Shown: positions 1-9,408, counted from the first letter of the stretch. The stretch: DNA of 64,000 nucleotides from Alphaproteobacteria bacterium (GCA_965248835.1 CBDFLJ010000002.1:1056001-1120000), one strand, 5' to 3'. Numbers and translations are program-made. Notes: generated by a model not told the origin, from the sequence alone.

Positions 1-1
1 G

Positions 2-157
2 GTCACCCGGACCATGCGCGACGGCACGATGACGGTCTTCTCCACCGGCGAATACCGGGACGTGGTCGTGCTGTGCGATGGCGAGGCCCGGTTCAGGGAG
101 CGGGTCGTGCTGTGCGATCACGGGATGATCAACAACCTGATTGCGCTGCCGCTCTAG
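2..157 (+). CDS. 3' end of aromatic ring-hydroxylating oxygenase beta subunit (NagH/AndAd-like), truncated by window edge
   Basis: Frame 2 reads VTRTMRDGTMTVFSTGEYRDVV...FRERVVLCDHGMINNLIALPL*, matching the typical C-terminus of salicylate/anthranilate oxygenase small subunits. Confidence 0.75.
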   Translation, partial: VTRTMRDGTMTVFSTGEYRDVVVLCDGEARFRERVVLCDHGMINNLIALPL

Positions 158-190
158 CCCCGTCTCGAGACGCGGAGGAGGAGAACGATA

Positions 191-1525
191 ATGCGCCAAC
201 ATGTGATCTGCGGGACGATGTTCGACGGCCTCGACGGCGAGGCCAGGACCGACCAGACCATCGTCATCGACGACGACCGGATCGCCTATGCCGGACCGTC
301 TGCCAAGGCGCCGAACCAGAACGCGGGCGAGAAGGTGATCGATCACTCCGGCGATTTCGTGATGCCGGGGTTGATCGACATCCACGTCCACCTGAGCTAC
401 GGCGACGGCCAGGCGAACGAGGACATCGACATGTACGCGAGCCCGGAGTATCGGGCGCTCCGGGGTCTGCGCGCGGCTCAGACCGTCCTGCGGGCAGGTT
501 ACACCTCGATCGCCGATCCGGCGTCGACCGGACGGTGCTCGGCCGGTGTCCGCGATTCGATCAATTCGGGCATGTTCAAGGGTCCGCGCATCACCACCTC
601 GGGCCGCCAAGTGACCGCCCGCCAGGGGCTGGGAGACTGGTACCCGACCTGGATCGGCGTGCCGGAAAGCTCGGTCGGTGTGCTCGTGCGCAACACCGAC
701 GAGGCGGTCGAGGAGATCCGGATGCAGGTCAAAGACCGGGTCGATTTCATCAAGATCGCGCTGGACGGGCTGCACCGCAAGGAGCCCGACGGCGAGCTGA
801 TGGCTTGCTTCAACCAGCGCGAGATGGACGTGATGGTCGCCGAAAGCCACCGCCTGGGCCGCCAGGTGATCACCCATGCGCGCGGGCGCGAGGCGGTGCT
901 TACCTCCGCGCGCGCCGGCGTCGATATCATCTTCCACGCCTTCGAGATGGACGACGAAGCGCTGGAGGCGGTCGTCGAGTCCGGTGCGGCGCTCTCGCCC
1001 GCCTTCACGTTCATGCTCAATACGGTCGATTTCACCCGTCCATCGGATCCCTGCTACAGATGGCGGCCCGGGCTGAACAGACAGCTTGTCGATGAAGCCT
1101 GCGAGATGCTGATCAAGGCGCGCGAGGCCGGCGTCAAGTTCATGGTCGGTACCGACAGCGGGTTCGCGATCACGCCGTATGGCGAATGGCACGCCCGTGA
1201 GCTCGAGATCATGGTCGACTTCCTGGGCTTCAGCCCGGCCGAGGCCCTGGTCGCGACCACCAGCGGCAACACCTCCATCCTGCGCGAGCGCGACAATGTC
1301 GGCCGGCTCGCCGAGGGCGCCCTGGCCGACATCACCGTGGTCGCCGGCAATCCGCTGAAGGACATCAAGGTGCTGCAGGACCGCGCAGCCATAAGGGCGG
1401 TCTATCTCGGCGGCGAGCCGGTCGATCTCGCCGAACCGGAGGCGGTGCGCGGCTATCCCTGGGAATATTCGTTCCGCCAATGGAACGACATCTATACCCG
1501 TGAGCGTGTGGCGGAACTGAACTAG
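191..1525 (+). CDS. Metal-dependent amidohydrolase (Amidohydro_1, prolidase-like)
   Basis: MPGLIDIHVHL (HxH metal motif), GTDSG, GRLAEGALADI; RBS GGAGGAG upstream. Confidence 0.9.
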   Translation: MRQHVICGTMFDGLDGEARTDQTIVIDDDRIAYAGPSAKAPNQNAGEKVIDHSGDFVMPGLIDIHVHLSYGDGQANEDIDMYASPEYRALRGLRAAQTVLRAGYTSIADPASTGRCSAGVRDSINSGMFKGPRITTSGRQVTARQGLGDWYPTWIGVPESSVGVLVRNTDEAVEEIRMQVKDRVDFIKIALDGLHRKEPDGELMACFNQREMDVMVAESHRLGRQVITHARGREAVLTSARAGVDIIFHAFEMDDEALEAVVESGAALSPAFTFMLNTVDFTRPSDPCYRWRPGLNRQLVDEACEMLIKAREAGVKFMVGTDSGFAITPYGEWHARELEIMVDFLGFSPAEALVATTSGNTSILRERDNVGRLAEGALADITVVAGNPLKDIKVLQDRAAIRAVYLGGEPVDLAEPEAVRGYPWEYSFRQWNDIYTRERVAELN

Positions 1526-1554
1526 CGCCGTCTCGGCCCGGAAAGGAGTACGTC

Positions 1555-2745
1555 ATGGACGCGATCAACGCGCTCGACGGCGATGGTCACGTCGAGGAGT
1601 GGGAGGCAACGTTCTCCGATGACTACCTCGAGCCCGCTTTCCGCGACCGCAGGCCCGTGGTGGTCGAAACCGGGGAGTACGAGCACGACTATATGTGGGA
1701 GATCGACGGCCGGCGTCTGCGGATCGGCGGGTCGCCTTCGAGCAAGGATCACGTGGTCGCGACCGAGTATCAGCGGATGGCCAAGTGGCGCGGCCCGCAC
1801 GAGAGCGGCGAGTTCCACTCGGCCAAGGACCGGCTCGCGGTCATGGATGCCGAGGATACCTGGCTGTCGGTCAATTACCCGACGCTCCTGCTCCAGTGGC
1901 CGATTGCCCGGGACCCGGCGCTCAACCGGGCGTTGACGCGCTCCTACAACAACTGGGTTGCCGATATCTCCAACCAGGCGCCCGACCGGCTCAAATGGGT
2001 CACCGCCATCGATGCCCACGACCCCAAGGAAGCTGCGCGCGAGATGGTGCGCACCCACCAGATGGGATCGGTCGGCGTGATGGTGTTTGGCGAATACGGC
2101 GCGAAGTCGCTCGACCATGCGGACTTCACGCCGATCTGGGAGACCGCCAACGAGCTCGGCATGCCGGTCAACGTCCACCCCGGCACCGGCGCGATGGACG
2201 CGTGGGCGGACTATCCCAGCGTCGCCGGCGATCAGTTCCTGATGTCGGTGGTCCGCGGCTTCAAGACGATCTGCGGCTCGGGGCTTCTGGACCGCTATCC
2301 CAACGTGCGGGTCTCGTTCCTGGAGACCGGCTGTACCTGGGTCGACTTCGCCATCGAGGTGATGGACTTCGTGCTGGACAACGTGCGCGACCGCATCGAG
2401 CGCCACGCGGTCCGCTCCGAGCACCGTGCGATCGTCGAGCGCGGCCTGCCCGAGATGACCCCGATCGAGTATATCCGCGCGGGCCGCATCTTCATCGGCT
2501 TCGAGGTCGACGACGACCTGCTGCCCTACATGGTCGGCAAGTACGGCACCGACTGCTGGGTCTACGCCAGCGACATCCCGCATGCCCACCGCATCCCGAA
2601 CGCCGCCCGCTACGTCCTCGACCGCGAGGACCTGCCGGATGCGGCCAAGGCGCGCATATTGTGGGAGGGCACGGCAGCGCTCTACGGCTTCGAGTCGCCG
2701 TTGCCGCAAGCCGTCGCGCCGCGGGCAGCTTCGACGACCGGATGA
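1555..2745 (+). CDS. Amidohydrolase_2 family protein (decarboxylase/hydratase type)
   Basis: DGDGHVEE, YNNWVAD, VNVHPG, FLETGCTW, YASDIPH motifs. Confidence 0.9.
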   Translation: MDAINALDGDGHVEEWEATFSDDYLEPAFRDRRPVVVETGEYEHDYMWEIDGRRLRIGGSPSSKDHVVATEYQRMAKWRGPHESGEFHSAKDRLAVMDAEDTWLSVNYPTLLLQWPIARDPALNRALTRSYNNWVADISNQAPDRLKWVTAIDAHDPKEAAREMVRTHQMGSVGVMVFGEYGAKSLDHADFTPIWETANELGMPVNVHPGTGAMDAWADYPSVAGDQFLMSVVRGFKTICGSGLLDRYPNVRVSFLETGCTWVDFAIEVMDFVLDNVRDRIERHAVRSEHRAIVERGLPEMTPIEYIRAGRIFIGFEVDDDLLPYMVGKYGTDCWVYASDIPHAHRIPNAARYVLDREDLPDAAKARILWEGTAALYGFESPLPQAVAPRAASTTG

Positions 2746-2793
2746 TGGGCGTTCCCGGCGTCCTCGCCTGAGTCCACCGGAGGCGGTCACGGC

Positions 2794-3606
2794 ATGTCCC
2801 CTCTGGAGGCCGTGCTTCGTCGGGACCGCGCAGTCGTGCTGGCCGCCCTGGGCGTGGTGATCCTCGTATCCTGGGCTTGCGTGCTCTCGGGCGCCGGTAC
2901 GGGCATGCCGGCCGGGGAGATGTCCTCTCTCGAGATGGCCTTGGGCGGTGCGGCGTCCGCGATGGCGATGCCGGCCGGCTGGGACGTCGGCTACGCCGGT
3001 GTCATGGTCGGCATGTGGTGGGTGATGATGCTGGCCATGATGCTGCCCGGCGCAGCCCCGATGATTCTGCTCCATGCCGCGGTCGCCCGGCGGCAGCGGG
3101 AACGAAATCCAAAAGTCCTGCTCGCGACCGGTCTGTTCGCCTGGGGCTATGTCGCGGTGTGGGGCGTCTTCAGCGTGATCGCCGCCGGGCTGCAATGGGG
3201 CTTCGAGGCCGCCGGCATCCTGTCGCCGATGACCATGAATGCGACCAGCCTGCTGTTTGCGGCCGCCATTCTGAGCGCGGCCGGGCTATACCAGCTAAGC
3301 CCGGCCAAACAGGCTTGCCTCCGCTATTGCCGCGGCCCGCTCCAGTTCCTGATGGGACATTGGCGGGCCGGCCGATGGGGTGCCTTCCGCATGGGGATGG
3401 CGCACGGCGCCTACTGCCTGGGGTGCTGCTGGGCGCTGATGGCGCTGTTGTTTTTCGGCGGGGTCATGAACCTCTACTGGATCGCCGGGTTGGCGCTCAT
3501 CGTGCTGCTGGAGAAGACGATCCCGGCCGGCGACAAGCTCGGCAAGCTGACCGGCGGGCTGCTCGTGCTGTGGGGGGCGGTGTTCGCCTACCGGGCGGTT
3601 TCCTGA
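2794..3606 (+). CDS. DUF2182 predicted metal-binding integral membrane protein
   Basis: Met-rich MWWVMMLAMMLP, YQLSPAKQACLRYCRGP, GMAHGAYCLGCCWALM; several hydrophobic helices. Confidence 0.9.
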   Translation: MSPLEAVLRRDRAVVLAALGVVILVSWACVLSGAGTGMPAGEMSSLEMALGGAASAMAMPAGWDVGYAGVMVGMWWVMMLAMMLPGAAPMILLHAAVARRQRERNPKVLLATGLFAWGYVAVWGVFSVIAAGLQWGFEAAGILSPMTMNATSLLFAAAILSAAGLYQLSPAKQACLRYCRGPLQFLMGHWRAGRWGAFRMGMAHGAYCLGCCWALMALLFFGGVMNLYWIAGLALIVLLEKTIPAGDKLGKLTGGLLVLWGAVFAYRAVS

Positions 3607-3676
3607 CGGCGCTCTTGCCGGGCATTGTTGGCCGGCCGGGCTTCGGATAGGATTTTCGACCAACCGGAGGCGCGCA

Positions 3677-4297
3677 ATGGCAAACACCGACTGGCGGCTC
3701 GAAGGCGAATGGTTCGAGACCTGCAACTGCGAATATCTCTGTCCGTGCATCATAACCCATATGCGGGCCCGGCCGACCGAGGGCGAGTGCATCGTCGCCG
3801 GCGTCTATCACATAGAGGAGGGGCGTTTCGGCGCGCTTTCGCTCGATGGGCTGAGCTTCGTGACGGTCATCCGGACGCCCGGCCCGATGGCGGAAGGCAA
3901 CTGGACCGTGGGCGCGATTGTCGACGAACGGGCCGACGACGCGCAGCGTGAGGCGCTCACCGCGATCGTTTCGGGAAAGGCGGGCGGACCTCCGGATCGG
4001 CTCAACGCGCTGATGGGTGAATTTGCCGGCGTCGAATTTGCACCCATCACGTTTGAATTGGAGGGGCTGAACCGCTCGGTCGAGGTGCCGGGCCTGCTCG
4101 ATCAGGCGGTCGAGGCCGTCGCCAGCATGGCGAAACCCGGCGAGCCGATCTTTCTCGACAATGTCGCCCACCCGGCGGGCTCGCGTCTTGCGCTGGCCAA
4201 GGCCGCCCGCAGCCACCTCGATGCGTTCGGCCTGAAATGGGACGACGTCAGCGGCGACAACAACGGTCATTTCACCCGCTTCGCCTGGCAAAACTAG
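3677..4297 (+). CDS. DUF1326 family protein
   Basis: WRLEGEWFETCNCEYLCPC...PTEGEC Cys cluster; usual partner of DUF2182. Confidence 0.9.
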   Translation: MANTDWRLEGEWFETCNCEYLCPCIITHMRARPTEGECIVAGVYHIEEGRFGALSLDGLSFVTVIRTPGPMAEGNWTVGAIVDERADDAQREALTAIVSGKAGGPPDRLNALMGEFAGVEFAPITFELEGLNRSVEVPGLLDQAVEAVASMAKPGEPIFLDNVAHPAGSRLALAKAARSHLDAFGLKWDDVSGDNNGHFTRFAWQN

Positions 4298-4416
4298 AGC
4301 GCGTCGCTCCGCCAGGCCGCCCGAGGTCTGGCTCGTGCGCAAAGGCCGGTCCTTGGCGCTGACGCCGGCTGTGTTAGAAGCTGCATATGCGTTCAGATCC
4401 ATCAGTGACGGCATAG

Positions 4417-6729
4417 GTGGCCAACCAGATCGGCCGGCCGGTCCTGCGCAAGGAGGACGTCCGGTTGCTGACAGGGCAGGGGCGGTTCAGCGACGACTTC
4501 TCGCTTGCCGGCCAGGTTCATGCGGTGCTCGTGCGCTCGGTCCATCCGCATGCGCGGATCGATGGCGTCGATGCGGCCGCGGCGCTTGGAATGCCGGGTG
4601 TGCTGGCCGTCCTGACCGGCGCGGACTGCGCGGCCGACGGGCTGGGCGAGATCCCGCACAGCCCGCTGCCCTCCACCAATTTCGATCTCAAGCTGCACGG
4701 GCCGGGCGGGACGGAGGTGTTCGTCGGCCGCCACGGGCTGCTGCCGGCCGATCGGGCACGCTATGTCGGCGAGCCGGTCGCCATGGTGGTCGCGCAGACC
4801 CGGACGCAGGCCGCCGATGCGGCCGATACGGTCCAAATCGCCTATACGCCCCTGCCCGCGGTGACCGATACCGCCGCGGCCGCATGCCAGGGCGCGCCAA
4901 GTGTCTGGGATGAATGTCCCGACAACGTTCTCGTAGAAACCTGTTTCGGCGACGAAGCGGCGACCGAGGCGGCTTTCGCGTCCGCCCGCCACGTGGTGCG
5001 CCGGCGGTATGCGATCGGTCGGGTGACCGGGGTGCCGCTGGAGCCGCGCGCCGCGCTCGGCGCCTTCGATCCCGCGACCGGGCGCTATACGGTCCATGCC
5101 GGCAGCGGGGGAGCGGTCCGGCAGAAGCGCGAGATCGCGGACGTCCTCGGCGTCGCGCCGGACAAGGTGCGCGTGCTGTCCTGCGATGTCGGCGGCAATT
5201 TCGGCACGCGCAACCGGCTCTATGTCGAGTTCGGCCTGGTTGCCTGGGCGGCGCGGCGCGTCGGCCGCCCGGTCAAGCTCAGGATCGAACGCACCGAGGC
5301 GTTCCTTGCCGACTACCAGGGCCGCGACCTGGTGACCGAGGTCGCGCTCGCGCTCGATGAGGACGGCCGGTTCCTGGCCATGAAGGCCTCGAACCTCAGC
5401 AATGTCGGGGCGCGCTGCGTTTCGCTGTCGCCGCTGTCGAAGGGCTCGGGGATCCTCACCGGCTCCTACCGCATCCCGGTGGCCTGGCTGCGCTCGCGCG
5501 CGGTCTTTTCCAACACCGCGCCGACCAACGCCTATCGCAGTTCCGGACGGCCCGAGGTGATCTTTGCCATCGAGCGGCTGGTCGAGACCGCAGCGGAGGT
5601 GCTCGGTGTCGACCCTGTCGCGCTGCGCCGGCGGAACCTCGTCGCAGCCGCCGAGATGCCTTACCGCAACGCCACGGGGATGGTCTACGACAGCGGGGAA
5701 TACGAGAAGAGTCTCGACATGGCGATCGGCCTTGCGGACTGGGAGGGCCTTGCAGCCCGCCGGGCGGAGGCGGAAAGACGCGGCCGGCTGCTCGGTCGCG
5801 GGCTCGCCCACTATGTCGAATCCTCGATCGGCACGCCCAGGGAACAGGCGCGGATCCGCGTCGTGCGGCCCGAGGACCGCATCGAGCTGGTGATCGGGAC
5901 CCAGCCGAGCGGGCAGGGCCACGAGACCAGCTTCGCCCAAGTCGCTGCCGATTGCCTGGGCGTGCCGGTCGAGCGCATCGACGTGGTGATGGGCGACACC
6001 GACATCGTCCATGTCGGCGGCGGCTCGCATTCGGGCCGCTCGATGCGTATGGCCGGAACGGTCATCGTCAAGGCCGCCGATGCGTTGATCGAAGCGGGCA
6101 AGGCCGTGGCGGCCGACTGCCTGGAGGCCGCCGCGATCGACATCCGGTTCGCGGACGGCCGCTACTTCGTCGCCGGCACCGACCGTTTCCTGTCACTCTT
6201 CGAGGCCGCGGCGCGGGTTGAGCTTGCCGCGGTCGCCGACAACGAGATGCACACCCCGGTCTTTCCCAACGGCTGCCATGTCTGCGAGGTCGAGGTCGAC
6301 CCCGAAACGGGGCTGGTCGAGATCCTCCGCTACGCCGCGGTCGACGATGTCGGGCGGGCGATCAACCCGTTGATCGTCGACGGCCAGACCCATGGCGGGA
6401 TCGTCCAGGGTGTCGGTCAGGCGATGTGGGAGCAGTGCGTCAACGACCCCGCGAGCCACCAGCCGCTGTGCGGCTCGTTCATGGACTACGCGATGCCCAG
6501 GGCCGATCATTTTCCTTCCTTCGCCACCGCCCTAAATGAAGTCCCATCGCCGACCAATCCGCTTGGCGTCAAGGCCGGCGGGGAAGGCGGCACGACGCCG
6601 GCGCCGGCGGTGATCGTGAACGCCATCGTCGATGCCGTACGGCCGCTTGGCGTCACCGATATCGAGATGCCGGCGACGCCGTTCCGGGTCTGGCAGGCGA
6701 TCCGGGGGGCACGGGATGGGGGGGACTGA
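4417..6729 (+). CDS. Xanthine dehydrogenase-family molybdopterin-binding large subunit (CoxL form II-like)
   Basis: IGRPVLRKEDVRLLTGQGRF, DVGGNFG, AYRSSGRPE, GQGHETSFAQ, GQTHGGIVQGVGQA, GVKAGGEGG. Confidence 0.92.
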   Translation: MANQIGRPVLRKEDVRLLTGQGRFSDDFSLAGQVHAVLVRSVHPHARIDGVDAAAALGMPGVLAVLTGADCAADGLGEIPHSPLPSTNFDLKLHGPGGTEVFVGRHGLLPADRARYVGEPVAMVVAQTRTQAADAADTVQIAYTPLPAVTDTAAAACQGAPSVWDECPDNVLVETCFGDEAATEAAFASARHVVRRRYAIGRVTGVPLEPRAALGAFDPATGRYTVHAGSGGAVRQKREIADVLGVAPDKVRVLSCDVGGNFGTRNRLYVEFGLVAWAARRVGRPVKLRIERTEAFLADYQGRDLVTEVALALDEDGRFLAMKASNLSNVGARCVSLSPLSKGSGILTGSYRIPVAWLRSRAVFSNTAPTNAYRSSGRPEVIFAIERLVETAAEVLGVDPVALRRRNLVAAAEMPYRNATGMVYDSGEYEKSLDMAIGLADWEGLAARRAEAERRGRLLGRGLAHYVESSIGTPREQARIRVVRPEDRIELVIGTQPSGQGHETSFAQVAADCLGVPVERIDVVMGDTDIVHVGGGSHSGRSMRMAGTVIVKAADALIEAGKAVAADCLEAAAIDIRFADGRYFVAGTDRFLSLFEAAARVELAAVADNEMHTPVFPNGCHVCEVEVDPETGLVEILRYAAVDDVGRAINPLIVDGQTHGGIVQGVGQAMWEQCVNDPASHQPLCGSFMDYAMPRADHFPSFATALNEVPSPTNPLGVKAGGEGGTTPAPAVIVNAIVDAVRPLGVTDIEMPATPFRVWQAIRGARDGGD

Positions 6730-8921
6730 TGTTTCTCTATTCACGCTCGAAGGAAAGGCCGTTCCACCTGGGGCCGTTTCCGCTGGAAATGCTCGACCGG
6801 GACGATTCGGTGATCGCCGCTGAATCGGAGCGTCTGCCGGTTGCGGTGCGGTCCGATTCCATGGCCGACGGCCTGCTGGTCGATGCCTGCCGGAAGTTCA
6901 CCGACCTCTACGACAGGTTCGCGCGCGCCGAGCCGGCCAGGGAGAAGGCGCCGGTGCCCGACGATCTCGAGCGTCGCTCGGTCGACGTCAAGGGCGTCGC
7001 CTATTTCATGGACGCAAGCCAGGCCGGCATCTGCCGGCTGCCCGACAGCGCCTGGTTGGAAGGTGCAGAGCGCGAGCCGCACGACCACGCGATCGTCATC
7101 CTGGTCGAGCACGGAAGGCTGCCCGAGCCAGGCAACCTTGCGCGCGACTGGGTGCGGCCGGCGGTCTCGGCGTCCTCGGAGATGCGCGCGGTCGAAATCG
7201 CCGCGCTGGTGGCCGGCCACATCCGGGTGATGGGCTTCTCGGCGTCGATGCACGGCCCGGGCGAGACGCGGGTTGACGCCGAGCGGCTGACGGTGCTGGC
7301 CGGGCTCGCCGTGCGGTGCGACGGCGCGGTCGTCAACCCTTATGTCGGCCGGCAGTTCTCGGTCTGCGTGGTGACGACCGACTACGCTCTGGCGCTCGAC
7401 CGGCCGCTTGCGGCCTCGGCGCTGACCGCCAAGGGGTTCTCTTACTGGCTGGGCCAGAACGGCGCCCAGTCGGGCCGTGAGCGCAACCGAAAGGCCAGAC
7501 GGCGGACCGACCTCGGGCCCTACGCGATGGAGACGGTCAGGCGGGTCGAGCGTCCGACCACCCTGATCATCGACGACGAGGTGCCGCGGGTCCCCAAGCG
7601 CGCGGCCTTCTTCGAGCGCGCGCTGCAAGGCGACCTCGGCGACAAGTCCCAGAAGGCGCGGCGGGTCTTCTCGTTCAAGCACCCGCTCTCGCTGAGCCAG
7701 CTCCACGTCATCCGTGCGATGGTGCCCTTTCAGGACGGCCCGGTCGCCGAGGTCGACACCGCCGCCTACGCCGATCCGGCGGCTAACGCCAAGGCGCTCA
7801 AATCGCTCAGCTATTTCCTCGGCTCGCACATGACCGGGATTTGTGAGCTGCCGGACTACACCTGGTACTCCCACAAGGAGAACGGCACGCCGATCGAGCC
7901 CTACCACAAATTCGCGGTGGTCATGCTGATCGACCAGGGCTTCGATACCATGGAGGGCGCCAGCGGCGATGACTGGATCTCCGGTGCGCAGTCGATGCGG
8001 GCTTATCTGCGCGGGGCGGAGATCGCCTCGGTGATGGCCGACCTCCTGCGCGAGCTCGGGTTCCCGGCGCGTTCGCAGACCAACGCGGACAGCGACGTGC
8101 TGCACATCCCGCTGGTGATGTGGGCCGGGCTGGGCGAGCTCAGCCGGATCGGCGAGCTCACGCTCAACCCCTTCCTCGGGCCGCGGCTCAAGACCGTCGT
8201 GATGACCACAGACATGCCGCTCGAGGTCGACAAGCCGATCGATTTCGGGCTGCAGTATTTTTGCAACAACTGCCTGAAATGCGCCCGCGAATGCCCTTGC
8301 GACGCGATCCCGTGGGGCGACAAGGTGATGTTCAACGGCTACGAGATCTGGAAGCCCGATGTCGAGCGCTGCACGCGCTACCGGCTGACCAATTCCAAAG
8401 GCTCGGCCTGCGGGCGCTGCATGAAGACCTGCCCGCTCAACAAGGTGGTTGATGCCGACGGCCCGGTGATGACCCGGGCGGCGAGCTGGCTGGGCATCAA
8501 TGCGATGTTCCTGAAGCCCCTGATGGTGCCCATCGCGACCTGGCTCGACGACGCGCTGGGCAACGGCAAGCGCAACCCGGCCAAGAAGTGGTGGTTCGAC
8601 CACGAGGTGGTCGATGGCGTCACGCGGCAGGCCAAGGCGACCAATCAGCGCGACATCGATCCGACCCGCAAGCTCGACCCGCAAAAGCAGAAGATCGCCT
8701 ACTACCACGCCGACATGATGCCCGCACCCGATGCGGCCGAACCGGTCGGGATCGACCGCAAAGCAGGGCTTGCCGCCGCTGCGCTGGTCGAGACGCCGGA
8801 TCAAGCGCGCAAGCGGCTGGCGAACGGCGCGGCAATCCCGGCCCACTACATCGCCACCCCGGCGCTCGGCATCCAGGCCGACGACGAGGCCCGCATCGCC
8901 AGCCCCTATGCGAAGGACTGA
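6729..8921 (+). CDS. rdhA: Soluble catabolic reductive dehalogenase (NpRdhA-type, B12 + 2x[4Fe-4S])
   Basis: N-terminal RPFHLGPFPLE, degenerate duplicated domain, SMRAY, NPFLGPRLKT..TTDMPL..DKPIDFG, FCNNCLKCARECP and C-x-CGRCMKTCP; no Tat signal, no fused reductase. Confidence 0.9.
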   Translation: MFLYSRSKERPFHLGPFPLEMLDRDDSVIAAESERLPVAVRSDSMADGLLVDACRKFTDLYDRFARAEPAREKAPVPDDLERRSVDVKGVAYFMDASQAGICRLPDSAWLEGAEREPHDHAIVILVEHGRLPEPGNLARDWVRPAVSASSEMRAVEIAALVAGHIRVMGFSASMHGPGETRVDAERLTVLAGLAVRCDGAVVNPYVGRQFSVCVVTTDYALALDRPLAASALTAKGFSYWLGQNGAQSGRERNRKARRRTDLGPYAMETVRRVERPTTLIIDDEVPRVPKRAAFFERALQGDLGDKSQKARRVFSFKHPLSLSQLHVIRAMVPFQDGPVAEVDTAAYADPAANAKALKSLSYFLGSHMTGICELPDYTWYSHKENGTPIEPYHKFAVVMLIDQGFDTMEGASGDDWISGAQSMRAYLRGAEIASVMADLLRELGFPARSQTNADSDVLHIPLVMWAGLGELSRIGELTLNPFLGPRLKTVVMTTDMPLEVDKPIDFGLQYFCNNCLKCARECPCDAIPWGDKVMFNGYEIWKPDVERCTRYRLTNSKGSACGRCMKTCPLNKVVDADGPVMTRAASWLGINAMFLKPLMVPIATWLDDALGNGKRNPAKKWWFDHEVVDGVTRQAKATNQRDIDPTRKLDPQKQKIAYYHADMMPAPDAAEPVGIDRKAGLAAAALVETPDQARKRLANGAAIPAHYIATPALGIQADDEARIASPYAKD

Positions 8922-8979
8922 GCGCGCTGCTGTGACTCCCCGGACGGGTGAGTGCCTGAATGTCAGAAGGGAGAACGAA

Positions 8980-9372
8980 ATGGCAGGACCCGAAGTTACC
9001 GCGCAGGATGTGCTGAATGCCAGCAAAGGCATGCTGCAGAAGCAGCTCTATGTGGTTTTTACCACCCCGGCCAACGGGCTCGGCCCGGTAATGGAGAACG
9101 TCGAGGAGCATCTGAAGTTCCAGATGTCGCTGGAGGAGCGCGGCATCATGTTCGGCGCCGGCCCGTTCTGGACCGACGACGGGAAAAACTGGAACGGCGA
9201 GGGCATGGTGATCATCCGCGCCGAGGACATCGAGGACGCGCGCAGGATCGCCGAATCCGATCCGATGCACGCCTCGGGCGCCCGGACGTTCACGGTCCGG
9301 CCGTGGCTGCTCAACGAGGGCACGGTGACCGTGAAGCTGCGCTATTCGGACGGCTCGCGCGAGATCCTGTAG
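8980..9372 (+). CDS. YciI superfamily protein (TftG-like)
   Basis: ATG after AGGGAG; EEHL, MFGAGP, GMVIIRA, ARRIAESDPMH, VRPW signature. Confidence 0.85.
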   Translation: MAGPEVTAQDVLNASKGMLQKQLYVVFTTPANGLGPVMENVEEHLKFQMSLEERGIMFGAGPFWTDDGKNWNGEGMVIIRAEDIEDARRIAESDPMHASGARTFTVRPWLLNEGTVTVKLRYSDGSREIL

Positions 9373-9408
9373 CGCCGGTCCGGCCCGTTCGGAACGAGCC
9401 GCGGCCGC

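Noticed and set aside
4417-6729. Genuine aerobic CO dehydrogenase (form I coxL)
   Set aside because: Lacks the Cu-binding AYRCSFR motif, and no coxM, coxS or coxDEFG are present
6729-8921. Respiratory reductive dehalogenase or epoxyqueuosine reductase QueG
   Set aside because: No Tat signal or rdhB anchor; at 730 aa with the duplicated domain it fits the catabolic NpRdhA type and is about twice the size of QueG
6741-9032. Long antisense and alternative-frame ORFs (e.g. 6741..9032, 11166..13289, 4402..6030, 46952..48550)
   Set aside because: Shadow ORFs of high-GC genes with no recognisable motifs, overlapping well-supported CDSs
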